DNA from: a virus
Taxonomy: Duplodnaviria; Caudoviricetes
Length of the DNA stretch: 64,000 bases
Virus record (IMG/VR): IMGVR_UViG_3300029882_000009
Coordinates: 33,746-97,745 of that record
Strand: one strand, 5' to 3'
Below, piece after piece: positions 29,353-39,345 of this stretch. Every line of letters starts with the position of its first letter. Positions within the stretch are counted from its first letter, which is position 1. A program made the position numbers and the translations under genes. The notes under the pieces were generated by a model that did not search any database, had not been told where the DNA came from, and worked only from the letters and a program-made list of their open reading frames with translations.

Positions 29353-30174
29353 TTATGGTTGAGGTATCGTTCCGGTTGTTGTTGTACGAGAAGCGACAGC
29401 CGGATTGGTTACCTGACTCGTTGGGTATTGTGTCGATGTTGTGATGATTGGTGAACCATCACCAGAGAACTGATAAGCCGTACTTAATATATGTGTACTG
29501 GCATTCCATGTGTTCGTAACACCGGTTACTAGAGACGGAGCGGCTTGTAAGAGAACCATGATTTGACCAAACGTTAGACCATGACTGATAGTATACGACA
29601 TTAAAGTAGCCGCATTCTGTGATGCAGTTGGTGGTGTAGTTGTGAGACTATACCCTGTTTTATCATTGTTAGTCGTGACGACTACACCACCTACGGAGAC
29701 TTGGTTGCTGCTGTTTACTGTAGGCAGCCCACCCGAGGTTGTGGGTGCCGCATTCGGCAGTGCCGTTAAAATGTACGAACTATCTTTCGTAAATACAACT
29801 ATTGTTACAGCCGGAAGAAACGTGTGACCAGCAAGGGTGACTGTGAGGGGGACATGTAACTCTCCATAAGTACTTGGGTCATATGTTATACTATACCCTC
29901 CATCACCATAATCGATTAGAGTCATAATCGGTGCGCCTGACGGTTGGGCGCGTGTTCCGTTTATGAGTTCGCCCGCTGTATTGGGGACTGTTGTAGCCGT
30001 AAGTGTAGTGGTTGTGTTTGATGTTAGTGTTGTAGCCCCGATGGTTACTGTCGCTCCTGGTACAAGAACGCCTGTAGTATCAATCTGTACCCATGAATAT
30101 GTAACAGGGGCGGCTGAAACGATTGCAGGAGATCCAATAATCGTGAGAGCTAACAGAAGTTTTAAAAGTCGCAT
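29353..30174 (-). CDS. Thr-rich beta protein with signal peptide
   Basis: MRLLKLLLALTIIGSPAIVSA; TTNNDKTGYSL motif. Confidence 0.7.
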   Translation of the reverse strand: MRLLKLLLALTIIGSPAIVSAAPVTYSWVQIDTTGVLVPGATVTIGATTLTSNTTTTLTATTVPNTAGELINGTRAQPSGAPIMTLIDYGDGGYSITYDPSTYGELHVPLTVTLAGHTFLPAVTIVVFTKDSSYILTALPNAAPTTSGGLPTVNSSNQVSVGGVVVTTNNDKTGYSLTTTPPTASQNAATLMSYTISHGLTFGQIMVLLQAAPSLVTGVTNTWNASTHILSTAYQFSGDGSPIITTSTQYPTSQVTNPAVASRTTTTGTIPQP

Positions 30175-30176
30175 GT

Positions 30177-32603
30177 TTAGTTCCTTGACCTTGAGGTCTG
30201 ATGGCTCGTAAAGAGGCGGCCGCTTGATGTTGCAGGATTCAGAAGTGGCAACGCAAGTGCTGCCACCGGCGGAGCCAACGCTAAATGAGCGTAAGCATAA
30301 GGGTGCAGACTGTCTACGCTATCCGCGATATTCCACAAACCTGCCGTAGATCCGTAAATGACATTAGGGCTACCTATCGATGCCACTACAGTCTGTAGGT
30401 TCGAGGCTTCGTAGCCTCCAAAAGGTTCCAGGACAAGCTGCCTGGTTCCGTTTAGTCCTGCAAATGTGTTGGCTGTTCCTGTATAGCCTATCGCCTTAAT
30501 GATAGTCTCAAAAGCCGTAGTAATGTCTGCGCTTCCGTCGTTCGTCCCTTCATTGTAAATTACCAAATCGGGCACAGGTGAGAAGGTTCTTGCTTGCCCT
30601 GCCCAAAGCAGGTTATATGACGACGAGAGACTCGGGACATTACCCGAACCGGCTGTAATTATCCCGGTCCCATCGAATGCGACTATGCCGACCTCCGCAT
30701 TCAACAAATTACACATCAAAAATGCCCAATCAGGGAGGATGTCGTTTTGATCAGTGTCGTTAGGAAGCGTATTCCCGTAGACAAAACGACCTTCGGAAAT
30801 ACTATCTCCCCAGATTAGGGCACAGTATTTCCGAATTGCCGGGGTTGTAAGCGAAGCACCCGGATCCAACGTCAGGCCCGTGAACTGAATTGCGGTGGTT
30901 TGAGTGTTCCATCTATCGTTGCTGCCGTTGGTCGATTTGACAACGAATTCCAGTAAGTGTTTAACCTCACTGGTGCCCGTAGGAAAGGTCAAAGTCCATG
31001 TCTGCGCGCCCGACGCGGTCGGTACATACTGTTGCCATGGCCCAGTGTCCAGCCGTGCCCAACACTGAGAATAAGGTACGGCAGATCCTATCGTCAGATC
31101 AATTACACACGTCGCAGTGTTATCGATCTGGACGCGGAAATAGGCCCCACTATTGATTGTCTTTGCTGCCGAACCCGACACAAGCCAGTTGTAGGGACTG
31201 TAGAATAAATGAGAGTCATTAGGCGCAATCTGGACAGGTCCAGGATTAACGGTGTACGTTAGGTTGGAGGGATTCGTCAGCCCTCCGCCGTTCGTAGCCG
31301 AGAAAGTTGCTGTTCCGCTCGTTGACGGAGTATAGGTATCGGTTACCCCTGTCGTTCCATTCAGTGTCACGGTCGATGTGGCAAACGATCCGCTTACGCC
31401 CGATTGAGCCGGAGTGACGACGGCAGTAGTTGTCCCATTTCCGGTAAACGTCAGTGTAACTGCAGCGCCAATCGCGCCCGAAGTAGCACTCTCCGACATC
31501 GTGTACGTGGTTGCTGAGGTAGGGTTAGTCGTCAGTGGTGTACCCGTGGTTGTGGACGGCACCGTTACGGTAGCAGGGGTTCCCGCACTGTCTGTCGTTA
31601 CTCCTCGGTAGTAATATGTCGTCGCAGGAGACAACCCGGTATTTGCCGGGAACAATGGAGTAGAGCCGACAACAGGGGAGCCTACGTTTGAGTAGGTGCC
31701 ATTTGTTGCTGTCGAAGCTTGCTCCTGAGTGGAGTAAGGGGGAGTTCCTCCCGTGATCAAGGATTCTTGTGGCGTAATCGAAGTTGAAGTAATAGTATTG
31801 GCCGTGATCGTTCCGCCTGTCAACGCTGGCGCAGTATACGATGTAGTAATATCGTACTTTGTAGCCTCCGTGTAACACACTGCGTTCAGATCGCTCGTGC
31901 TCAGGTTGGCGTTGTATAACGCAAACTCTGCGACGTCGCCAATACTGGTTACCGATCCGCTGCCGGACTGGGCAGTATCTTCCGCCTCGCCGATTGAGGT
32001 AGGTCCCCCTATGGCGGTGGAATTGTAGGTTGCGGTACCAATCAGGCTGCCGTTAACGTAGAAACTGCCTGTGGTGGTGCCGGCGTTAAACTGCCAAACG
32101 TAGATAGCCCACGTGGTAGCATCGAGCAAAGAGGTGTTTGTGCTGGTCCCGTAATATCCCCCGGCATACCACCCCATATCGAGGCCGCCTATACCGGGTG
32201 ATGTCGTATAGATAAGCCATCGACCCGATGTGGTATCAAAAAGCCAGCGATTAGCTGTTGTGTCAGGTACCCTGACGACGCCGATTACTGTGTACGATCC
32301 AGCACTAGACGACAACGACGTGGTATAGAGACCCTGATTTACACCCGAGCTAAACGTCACATAGGGGAGGCTGTTCGGCCCCGTAGTGTGGTAAATGGGA
32401 TAGGACGGAGTAAGAGGCTGCGTAGGCGTAGGCCCGACATTCGCTGTCCATGACGATATCGCCGTACCGTCCGCAACAGGAGTGATGTCGCCGCCGCGTA
32501 AGAGCCAGATCGGCGCAGTTGTAATGCCGCCGAGATTCTGCGCCCAAGCTCCGACAGGCAAAATCATCAATAGAACGAGCAGTATTAGGTTTCTAAGTTT
32601 CAT
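30177..32603 (-). CDS. Signal-peptide protein with LamG-like, FN3-like and SGNH/GDSL esterase domains
   Basis: ..GAWA|Q signal peptide; WGDSISEG, NEGTND and DSLHP SGNH blocks. Confidence 0.8.
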   Translation of the reverse strand: MKLRNLILLVLLMILPVGAWAQNLGGITTAPIWLLRGGDITPVADGTAISSWTANVGPTPTQPLTPSYPIYHTTGPNSLPYVTFSSGVNQGLYTTSLSSSAGSYTVIGVVRVPDTTANRWLFDTTSGRWLIYTTSPGIGGLDMGWYAGGYYGTSTNTSLLDATTWAIYVWQFNAGTTTGSFYVNGSLIGTATYNSTAIGGPTSIGEAEDTAQSGSGSVTSIGDVAEFALYNANLSTSDLNAVCYTEATKYDITTSYTAPALTGGTITANTITSTSITPQESLITGGTPPYSTQEQASTATNGTYSNVGSPVVGSTPLFPANTGLSPATTYYYRGVTTDSAGTPATVTVPSTTTGTPLTTNPTSATTYTMSESATSGAIGAAVTLTFTGNGTTTAVVTPAQSGVSGSFATSTVTLNGTTGVTDTYTPSTSGTATFSATNGGGLTNPSNLTYTVNPGPVQIAPNDSHLFYSPYNWLVSGSAAKTINSGAYFRVQIDNTATCVIDLTIGSAVPYSQCWARLDTGPWQQYVPTASGAQTWTLTFPTGTSEVKHLLEFVVKSTNGSNDRWNTQTTAIQFTGLTLDPGASLTTPAIRKYCALIWGDSISEGRFVYGNTLPNDTDQNDILPDWAFLMCNLLNAEVGIVAFDGTGIITAGSGNVPSLSSSYNLLWAGQARTFSPVPDLVIYNEGTNDGSADITTAFETIIKAIGYTGTANTFAGLNGTRQLVLEPFGGYEASNLQTVVASIGSPNVIYGSTAGLWNIADSVDSLHPYAYAHLALAPPVAALALPLLNPATSSGRLFTSHQTSRSRN

Positions 32604-32617
32604 GAAGATCCTTTAAC

Positions 32618-33322
32618 TTACCAGACACCCATATTGCCATCTTTATTTTGCCCATAATTAGGGTCAAATATACGTTTTGGTGAGTTTGTTATTGTTGATT
32701 GAATTACAAGTGATCGAAGCCTTTTGGCTCTTTCACAAAAACTCTTAGAAAGTTCAGCTTTGTTTTGCATATATTCACCAATCTTTACAATATATGCAAG
32801 TCGAGCATCGCTTGTTGCTATCTGTTCCAGCGCCCATGCTGCAGCTAATATTGGATTTTGATTGCTAAAACTCAGACAATAAATAAGTTCAGCATCGGTA
32901 AATATTGCCTTGGCAAGATTTTTATCGTCTACATGAAAACGAACTTGTCCAATTAATGTTGTAGGATCATAGGCTGCACCCTCAACTATAATAGATTGAG
33001 CAAGTATTATCTCATAATTGTAATCTAAAATACGAGTTATTGAGTCCGCATTTGAAGTAATGGACACAGAGAAAAGACCGGAATATACGGCTGGTGCTGG
33101 GAAAGGGGTTGTGTTAAGCAGGTAATAAGCTTGAGGCTGCGCCAGCGCTCCTGGATCAGAACCACTTATTGAAGAAGGGCCAAGAAATATAGTCCCATCA
33201 CTACGAGTTAATGTGAAAGTACCATTGACGATAGTATATAACGACCCAATAGGAGCATTGAATTGTGCAGTAAGTACTGGCTCTTCACCTGAACGAGCAT
33301 AGAAATTAGCATCGTAGGGCAT
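32618..33322 (-). CDS. Head-tail adaptor with N-terminal Ig-like domain
   Basis: GQVRFHVDD...FTDAEL...AAAWALE.IA. Confidence 0.7.
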   Translation of the reverse strand: MPYDANFYARSGEEPVLTAQFNAPIGSLYTIVNGTFTLTRSDGTIFLGPSSISGSDPGALAQPQAYYLLNTTPFPAPAVYSGLFSVSITSNADSITRILDYNYEIILAQSIIVEGAAYDPTTLIGQVRFHVDDKNLAKAIFTDAELIYCLSFSNQNPILAAAWALEQIATSDARLAYIVKIGEYMQNKAELSKSFCERAKRLRSLVIQSTITNSPKRIFDPNYGQNKDGNMGVW

Positions 33323-33773
33323 CGACTTCTAGCTCCTTGGAACTATCATGAATCTCTTCGTTTACAGATGGAGGCATTATAAGGCTGTTTGTTTCAGCGT
33401 TTATTGTCGATCCATCACTTTGCTTCTCAAACTGACCACAATCATGAAATGCCAACCAGTGAAGGATATGATAGCGCCATGCAATGGCGTGTGCTTCAGA
33501 TCGAACTGGTAGAGGAGCATCGTAAGGATTGTAATCGATCACTATACAGGCCCGATTTATTTTGTTTTTACTATTTGGATGGAAAGAAAACCATTCCATT
33601 TTATCGTCAGTGGTGATCTGTCTTTGATCCCCAGCAAGCTTGTATATAAAATCTTCAGCTTGTGTTTTTGATTCAAACACCACAACACGTTGACTAACCG
33701 ATAAAAGACGATAATTACCGGACTTAGGAACACCGACCGCTATAGCGCAGTAACCTTTAGGGATTTCTATCAT
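33306..33773 (-). CDS. Hypothetical protein
   Basis: Coupled ORF. Confidence 0.6.
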   Translation of the reverse strand: MIEIPKGYCAIAVGVPKSGNYRLLSVSQRVVVFESKTQAEDFIYKLAGDQRQITTDDKMEWFSFHPNSKNKINRACIVIDYNPYDAPLPVRSEAHAIAWRYHILHWLAFHDCGQFEKQSDGSTINAETNSLIMPPSVNEEIHDSSKELEVDALRC

Positions 33774-34102
33774 GAATTTCCTATCCCATTTCTACTGCGT
33801 ATACGATGCAAAAGCCACTGTAAGGCTTCTTGAACCTTAACAATAGCATGTTCATTTTCCGGGCATTTAGTATGGCTCTTGAAGTTCTGTAGGCGATGTA
33901 GAACAACGGCTAGAAGTACCTCGTTCGTAATTCCGTTTACACCATTTTCAGAAACAGGACCGTGTTGAAAATTTAGCTCAGTATAAAACCCGTTTTCTGC
34001 TGAAACCTGATAACAATATATATCAGACATTTCAACATTCAACTGAGTATTGATAAGATTAATCTCGTGAGCATTAACCTTTTTATTTGTCGGAGTTTCC
34101 AT
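33770..34102 (-). CDS. tad1: Tad1-family anti-Thoeris/anti-CBASS cyclic-nucleotide sponge
   Basis: FQHGPVSENGVNGITNEVLLAVVLHRL..F....CPENEHA..K.QEAL.WL..R. Confidence 0.8.
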   Translation of the reverse strand: METPTNKKVNAHEINLINTQLNVEMSDIYCYQVSAENGFYTELNFQHGPVSENGVNGITNEVLLAVVLHRLQNFKSHTKCPENEHAIVKVQEALQWLLHRIRSRNGIGNS

Positions 34103-34139
34103 GTAACTCTTTTCTTATATTCTTACTTATATCTGATTG

Positions 34140-35165
34140 TTACAGGGTACAACCAGAGATCAAATAGCCGCCGATTGCAAGGCCATTCGCGTCCTTGGCA
34201 ATGATCTTCCAGTCACGAAGGCAGGAGCCTTCGATATACTGACCGTTGAGGATTTCCCATCGGTAACGACGAACTTGAAACCCGCGTACTCCGGTAGTCT
34301 CATCTGGAGCTTCGAATGTTCGACCAAAGTGCATCGTTCGAGGACCAGTGTTTGAAGTACGGTAGTAAACAAGAGCCATATTCTGGCCCTGATCATCCAC
34401 CCATACATCTCCAGTAGTCGCTGCGCCAGTTGGATTTTCAGCCTGAGTATTCTTCTGCTGGAAACCTTCGATGACATCCAATCCTCTAATGGTCTTAGAA
34501 AGACCAGAAACCGTCTGGCCTTCAATTGTGGTGAACTTGTACAAATCCTTGTAGAGCGGGTGATCTGCAAGGGTTCGTGCGCTATCTACGGTCAATAGAA
34601 GCGTATTTGCGTTTCGCTGAATACCCTTGATAACCTGAATACGACCATTTTTAAGATCGGTAAACGGGTTAGAGTTTGCACTGGCATACTGCGCCCATGA
34701 AGTTCCGGTAGAGCCAGTTGTCAACTGTTCCTGATAAGCTGCATTATAATTGGCACGAGTGCCAACCTTATTTGCAACCTGAACCTCATTATCGAGCTTG
34801 ATACGCTCAGTAACGAGATAGGTAGCATCAATGTCAGGTTGCAGCGGATTATCAGCATATGCCAACTCTTCGTCGGAAACCAAAGATTTCAGAGAGAGCT
34901 TTTCAGCATAGTAGTTATCGGTTGAGACCGCATAGTCAATCGACGCGGCTTCTGTTCCGGGGCGGCGAATTGAAAGGGGATTGCCCTTTGCATCCGTTCC
35001 AGAAGTTGATAGGAATGCGCTGGTCGAATAAACAAAATATTTATCCGAACGCTTTGCAACCGGAAGTGGCGGAAAAACATCGTCAGCAATCAGATTTTCA
35101 TTCATATACATGATACTCAAATCTGAAAGTGCCTGGTCGATGTGAACTTGTCCTAGTACTGGCAT
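34140..35165 (-). CDS. Major capsid protein
   Basis: HIDQALSDLSI.Y.N...IAD.VFP N-terminus, 341 aa, position. Confidence 0.85.
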   Translation of the reverse strand: MPVLGQVHIDQALSDLSIMYMNENLIADDVFPPLPVAKRSDKYFVYSTSAFLSTSGTDAKGNPLSIRRPGTEAASIDYAVSTDNYYAEKLSLKSLVSDEELAYADNPLQPDIDATYLVTERIKLDNEVQVANKVGTRANYNAAYQEQLTTGSTGTSWAQYASANSNPFTDLKNGRIQVIKGIQRNANTLLLTVDSARTLADHPLYKDLYKFTTIEGQTVSGLSKTIRGLDVIEGFQQKNTQAENPTGAATTGDVWVDDQGQNMALVYYRTSNTGPRTMHFGRTFEAPDETTGVRGFQVRRYRWEILNGQYIEGSCLRDWKIIAKDANGLAIGGYLISGCTL

Positions 35166-35185
35166 TTATTTTAACCTTTCTTAAC

Positions 35186-35584
35186 TTACGAAGCTGAACC
35201 AGGGTTCAACATCACATCAACAAGATTGCCGGAAAGTGCGGTATTAAGCGCAGTTCCGATAACGAGTTGGAGCGCACCCCCAGAAGCCGATTCTGAGATA
35301 GGTACTGCCTGACCAATTGAGTTAGATGTTAACTGTTGACCAGCGGTAACATTTGCACCGGCTACAACCTGTGCAATATCATCCTGTTGAACTCCAGCGT
35401 AACCTTTTGGGTCAGTTGGTTCAACGGTAATACCAATAAAACCAAGATTGTAAGGACCAGATGCAAGAGCGGCATTTCCTGCATTAACAAGAGATGTAAC
35501 CGCAATTAGATATTGTCCTATAGTAGCTGCAGGTGCTCCGTCAAACGGAAATGTAGAACGATTTCCGATTCTCTGTAGGGCCAT
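35186..35584 (-). CDS. Capsid decoration/cement protein (DUF2190-like)
   Basis: VVAGANVTAGQQLTSN..GQAV...IGTAL..A..G..V.V.L. Confidence 0.75.
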   Translation of the reverse strand: MALQRIGNRSTFPFDGAPAATIGQYLIAVTSLVNAGNAALASGPYNLGFIGITVEPTDPKGYAGVQQDDIAQVVAGANVTAGQQLTSNSIGQAVPISESASGGALQLVIGTALNTALSGNLVDVMLNPGSAS

Positions 35585-35612
35585 TTATTTGTCCTCCTTT
35601 AGGACCGGATGA

Positions 35613-37958
35613 TTATACATTGAAAGATTCCCGATGCTGCATGGCTAGATCCTTGTGTTCCATGCAGACTGCCGTAAATGCAGATGCATAATCCTCTTTG
35701 GTATCCTTCATGCGATCTTTGGTGAGTTTTGTAAGTTGAGCACCAGCATCACTCGATGCACCTTCGCGTGAATAACGAGAAGTTGCACCATCCGCTGTTG
35801 GTTTATTACCGGCGAGGGCAGGAATTGGCTGAGCCAAATCATAAGATGGTTTAACCGCTGCAAAGGCTGTAGGATTGTCCTTTGCCAACTTCAGGAGTTC
35901 GTCGGCTTGCGCCGGGGTAATCTTGAAATCATCCTTCAATTTTTCGATATAGTGCGAATCTTCTCCGAAGAGAATTGCACTTTCACGATCAGCGACTGCT
36001 GTAGAGAGTGTTGCAATCTGAGTTTCAAAACCAGTAAGCTGAGTCTTGAAACCAGCATTTTCGGTCTTAAAAGCAGCATTGTCCTGCTTGAGAGCCGCGT
36101 TTTCCTGCTTGAGAGCATTGAACTCCGCGCGGTCGGCTTCGCTCATTTGAACCGTAAGTGTAGCTTCCGACATATGTATATCCTCCGTGGTAGTCGCCAG
36201 TGAAGGCGGCGTATAATTGTCAGGCATTCCTGCTTTGAACCAGCTTTTAATTTGAGCAAACATACCGGGTCTGTTTGTTTGTTGTAGTTTTACACCCTTA
36301 TAATTTTCGTGGGCTAAAGGCATACCCATAAGTGCGCGTGACATATACGCATCGCACGAAGCACCGTTACTCATGCTTGAATCATGAATGTGCTGTATCT
36401 GCTTCAGGAGAGCAGGGGTAATGAATTCTGCCGTCTCGTTTGTGAAAGCAGATTTACCATCACAATTTGCACCCATGCAACAAGCCATATCGTGATGTGC
36501 TTGCATTGGACTGGAGTAATAAGCATCATCCATTCCGCCCATTTTAGCCTTAGCATTCGAAAATGCGGCCATCATAGCAGCGGATTCGATACGTGGATGT
36601 TTTACAATAGCAAGACCATCTAATGTCTTTGTTTTACGATCCCATGTACAGCTCAACTTCTTTTCATCTGGCGAAAGAAGATTGTCGAGCCAGGTTGGGA
36701 TGGCAACAGCGCCGAATAAATCATTGCCTTCTTTGCGAACACCAACCAGCTTGCCAAGTTTGCCATCAAGTACGGTATCTGTATGTTCAAGATCAAGCTG
36801 TACTGGTGTGAATTTTTGTACAGCGTTTTCCATGTTGTCAACACTAAAAGTAAAATCCTTATCAGGATAGTCCCCAACCTCAAATAGTTTTGAGTTTGGG
36901 TAAACTACATAATCCCCAACAGCATTTTTCTTATCGGTCAAAAATGGTACTACATTAACAAATTTGTCTAAGTCCATATTAATTTCCTTGTTAAACTGTG
37001 TAAGATCTACAGCCAACGGCATCGGTATTGCCCCATGTTTGAGGGGTATCAAGGTTCTGCGACCTTTGTAATCTGAAAATATAAGTTCATCAACTGAGTG
37101 TTCAGTGCCTATTAATGTGTGTGATTCAATACTATTATTTGAATATTTTACACCAGTTCCAGGTTTAAGATACCCTATTGTGGAGTGTGGTACATATTCC
37201 CCATATGATTGAATGTTTGGTAAACACTTTAATTGATCGTGAAGCAAACTTAGTGCTGGACTAATTATATCATATTTTAACACATCGTGTTCACTATTTG
37301 CAAATATATTTGTGGAACTAAATATTATTTGAAAAGGATCAACTCCAATTAGGGATTTTTGAATGTCGCTGGTATTCACTTTGCGGTCTAAACCATAAAG
37401 AACAGTGATGTGGGGATTGTTCTCGCGACTATCTTTTTCGTTAATGGCAAAATCAGAAGGGTCTATCGGATATGACTTGATCTTGTTACCGTAGGGTGTT
37501 GGAGCAAGATCGACGTAAACGCATCCAAAATCGTGAGAATAATCTACTTCCTCAGACATCGCCGCAGTTTCGCCACAAAGAGGACATTTTGTAAATGGTT
37601 CATTTGTGGTGAGAGTGGAAGTTTCAAAACACGAACCACATCTATATTCTCTATTTTTCTTCTCTTCACCTATTGGCTTATCAACATGAAGACTGCCAAG
37701 GTCGGCAAAAAGGTTTCTGCCGTGAATACCGCCGTGCAACAAGCTCTCTATGTATCGAGGATCGTCCACAGGCTGATCGAAGAAGTGAGAATTGTTTACC
37801 CACCAATTATGATTAACAAGAAATTGAAACGGGGTTAGGTTTTTGGTGGCAACAATATCTTCAGCAAAGATAGGTATTGTGCCAACACTAAATGACTGCA
37901 AATTTGCAGATTCTAATCCTATTTGACAAGATGTTAATAACTCAGATGGTGGCTTCAT
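35613..37958 (-). CDS. Acb1-like 2H phosphoesterase / Mu gpI-type prohead protease / scaffold fusion
   Basis: PHITVLYGL and YVPHSTIGY (two Hx[T/S] motifs); LDLEH..KLSC..LAIVKHPRI protease; C-terminal coiled coil. Confidence 0.8.
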   Translation of the reverse strand: MKPPSELLTSCQIGLESANLQSFSVGTIPIFAEDIVATKNLTPFQFLVNHNWWVNNSHFFDQPVDDPRYIESLLHGGIHGRNLFADLGSLHVDKPIGEEKKNREYRCGSCFETSTLTTNEPFTKCPLCGETAAMSEEVDYSHDFGCVYVDLAPTPYGNKIKSYPIDPSDFAINEKDSRENNPHITVLYGLDRKVNTSDIQKSLIGVDPFQIIFSSTNIFANSEHDVLKYDIISPALSLLHDQLKCLPNIQSYGEYVPHSTIGYLKPGTGVKYSNNSIESHTLIGTEHSVDELIFSDYKGRRTLIPLKHGAIPMPLAVDLTQFNKEINMDLDKFVNVVPFLTDKKNAVGDYVVYPNSKLFEVGDYPDKDFTFSVDNMENAVQKFTPVQLDLEHTDTVLDGKLGKLVGVRKEGNDLFGAVAIPTWLDNLLSPDEKKLSCTWDRKTKTLDGLAIVKHPRIESAAMMAAFSNAKAKMGGMDDAYYSSPMQAHHDMACCMGANCDGKSAFTNETAEFITPALLKQIQHIHDSSMSNGASCDAYMSRALMGMPLAHENYKGVKLQQTNRPGMFAQIKSWFKAGMPDNYTPPSLATTTEDIHMSEATLTVQMSEADRAEFNALKQENAALKQDNAAFKTENAGFKTQLTGFETQIATLSTAVADRESAILFGEDSHYIEKLKDDFKITPAQADELLKLAKDNPTAFAAVKPSYDLAQPIPALAGNKPTADGATSRYSREGASSDAGAQLTKLTKDRMKDTKEDYASAFTAVCMEHKDLAMQHRESFNV

Positions 37959-38242
37959 GAATCTAGTGGTGTAGAAAACTGACGGGTTTTGATCCGTACT
38001 TGATCTCTTGGAAGAGAATTGTTTACCTTAAAATAAGATGGAAACGGTTGATTACACAACCGATAATAATGAGTTGCAAATTCATAGAGTGCTCCGTTTA
38101 GTTGCGCGTACTCTAGTTTTTGAGCTTTTATCGGTAACTCTATCGCCTTCTCTACCTTCAACATCTGTCTCTTGTACATATCCTGGCGCGAGAATGGCAT
38201 CAGGTTGAGGGGCAGAAAGTCTGTTCGTTCGAATATACTCAT
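37955..38242 (-). CDS. Hypothetical protein
   Basis: GGAG RBS; coupled to the protease gene. Confidence 0.55.
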   Translation of the reverse strand: MSIFERTDFLPLNLMPFSRQDMYKRQMLKVEKAIELPIKAQKLEYAQLNGALYEFATHYYRLCNQPFPSYFKVNNSLPRDQVRIKTRQFSTPLDS

Positions 38243-38459
38243 GGTCGTCTCCTGTTATGTTGGGACAATTTATTCCGTCTGTAATATATATTGCACATTC
38301 ATTACAGATTGCATAAACGCATTGGCAATCTTCACAATAAAAACTGGAGATATGTTCGGTGTCAAATCGTTCATTTTCCATGCGGCGCTGATTTTGATCA
38401 TGTTTGCAACGACCGCAAAACACGCGTCTATCATTTACAACTTGCCAAGGGAGGGTCAT
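38082..38459 (-). CDS. Cys-rich hypothetical protein
   Basis: Three CxxC motifs; C-terminal part overlaps the next ORF. Confidence 0.45.
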   Translation of the reverse strand: MTLPWQVVNDRRVFCGRCKHDQNQRRMENERFDTEHISSFYCEDCQCVYAICNECAIYITDGINCPNITGDDHEYIRTNRLSAPQPDAILAPGYVQETDVEGREGDRVTDKSSKTRVRATKRSTL

Positions 38460-39343
38460 TATTTCAATATCCTATTCACTTGTGTAATGAATCGTCCTAT
38501 ATTATCGTCGAATTCTACGAGTTCAACATTTGGACTGTTCAGCCATCGTCTGAAATAACTATCAGGATGTCCCAGAGGTTTATTGGCAATAACTAACGCT
38601 GGAATATTCTGGATAACAGAATAATGAGACAAAGCTGATGATGTTGTTATAATACCCTGACTCATATCACAAAGTGCAAATACATCCATCATAGTATTTG
38701 AAAGATTCAGCCGATTATGAAGACGTGGATGAAAAATATCTACTTCATAACCCATTCCAGTCAAAACATAATGGTGTGGTGTGTAAGATAGTAAATAAGC
38801 TATTGCTTGCTCCCACAACGGCCAATGATCTTCTATAGGACTACTATTGAACGAGTATGGGTGTAATACATAGAATTCTCCGTCTGGCTTAAACTCTCTG
38901 GCCCAACTCCATGCTTTGTGAGGGAGACGCGCCCCAGACCAATGATAAGCTCGTCGTCTTTCCATCAACGCTGCGGAAATATGGGTAGACACCACTGTAA
39001 ATGGGTCAATATCAGTACGGGCGATTACACCCCTTGCTGGCCATTGATCCTCATCAATTGGTGTTCTGCTTGCATAAAAATAACAATCTTCATAATCGCC
39101 ACGGTCTTTTGGTTTAACATAAACACATTCGTCTATAAAAGACTGTTTACAAATGAACTCTTGGATAGTCGGGTCCATACCAAAGTGAATCATGCCCCCA
39201 CGTCCCACAAAGTGTTTGAATGTACCTAAATCGATTAGTGTATCACCCCATGCACCAAAAGAAGTTCCCCACATATGAGGTCTATGTCTTGGTGTCCATC
39301 GAGGTTCGATCAGTGCATTCTTGATCGATATCAAAGATTCCAA
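38459..39343 (-). CDS. Divergent GT9-like glycosyltransferase
   Basis: GAWGDT, YVLHPYS...WP and GIITTSSALSH...NIPALV. Confidence 0.65.
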   Translation of the reverse strand: MESLISIKNALIEPRWTPRHRPHMWGTSFGAWGDTLIDLGTFKHFVGRGGMIHFGMDPTIQEFICKQSFIDECVYVKPKDRGDYEDCYFYASRTPIDEDQWPARGVIARTDIDPFTVVSTHISAALMERRRAYHWSGARLPHKAWSWAREFKPDGEFYVLHPYSFNSSPIEDHWPLWEQAIAYLLSYTPHHYVLTGMGYEVDIFHPRLHNRLNLSNTMMDVFALCDMSQGIITTSSALSHYSVIQNIPALVIANKPLGHPDSYFRRWLNSPNVELVEFDDNIGRFITQVNRILK

Positions 39344-39345
39344 AA

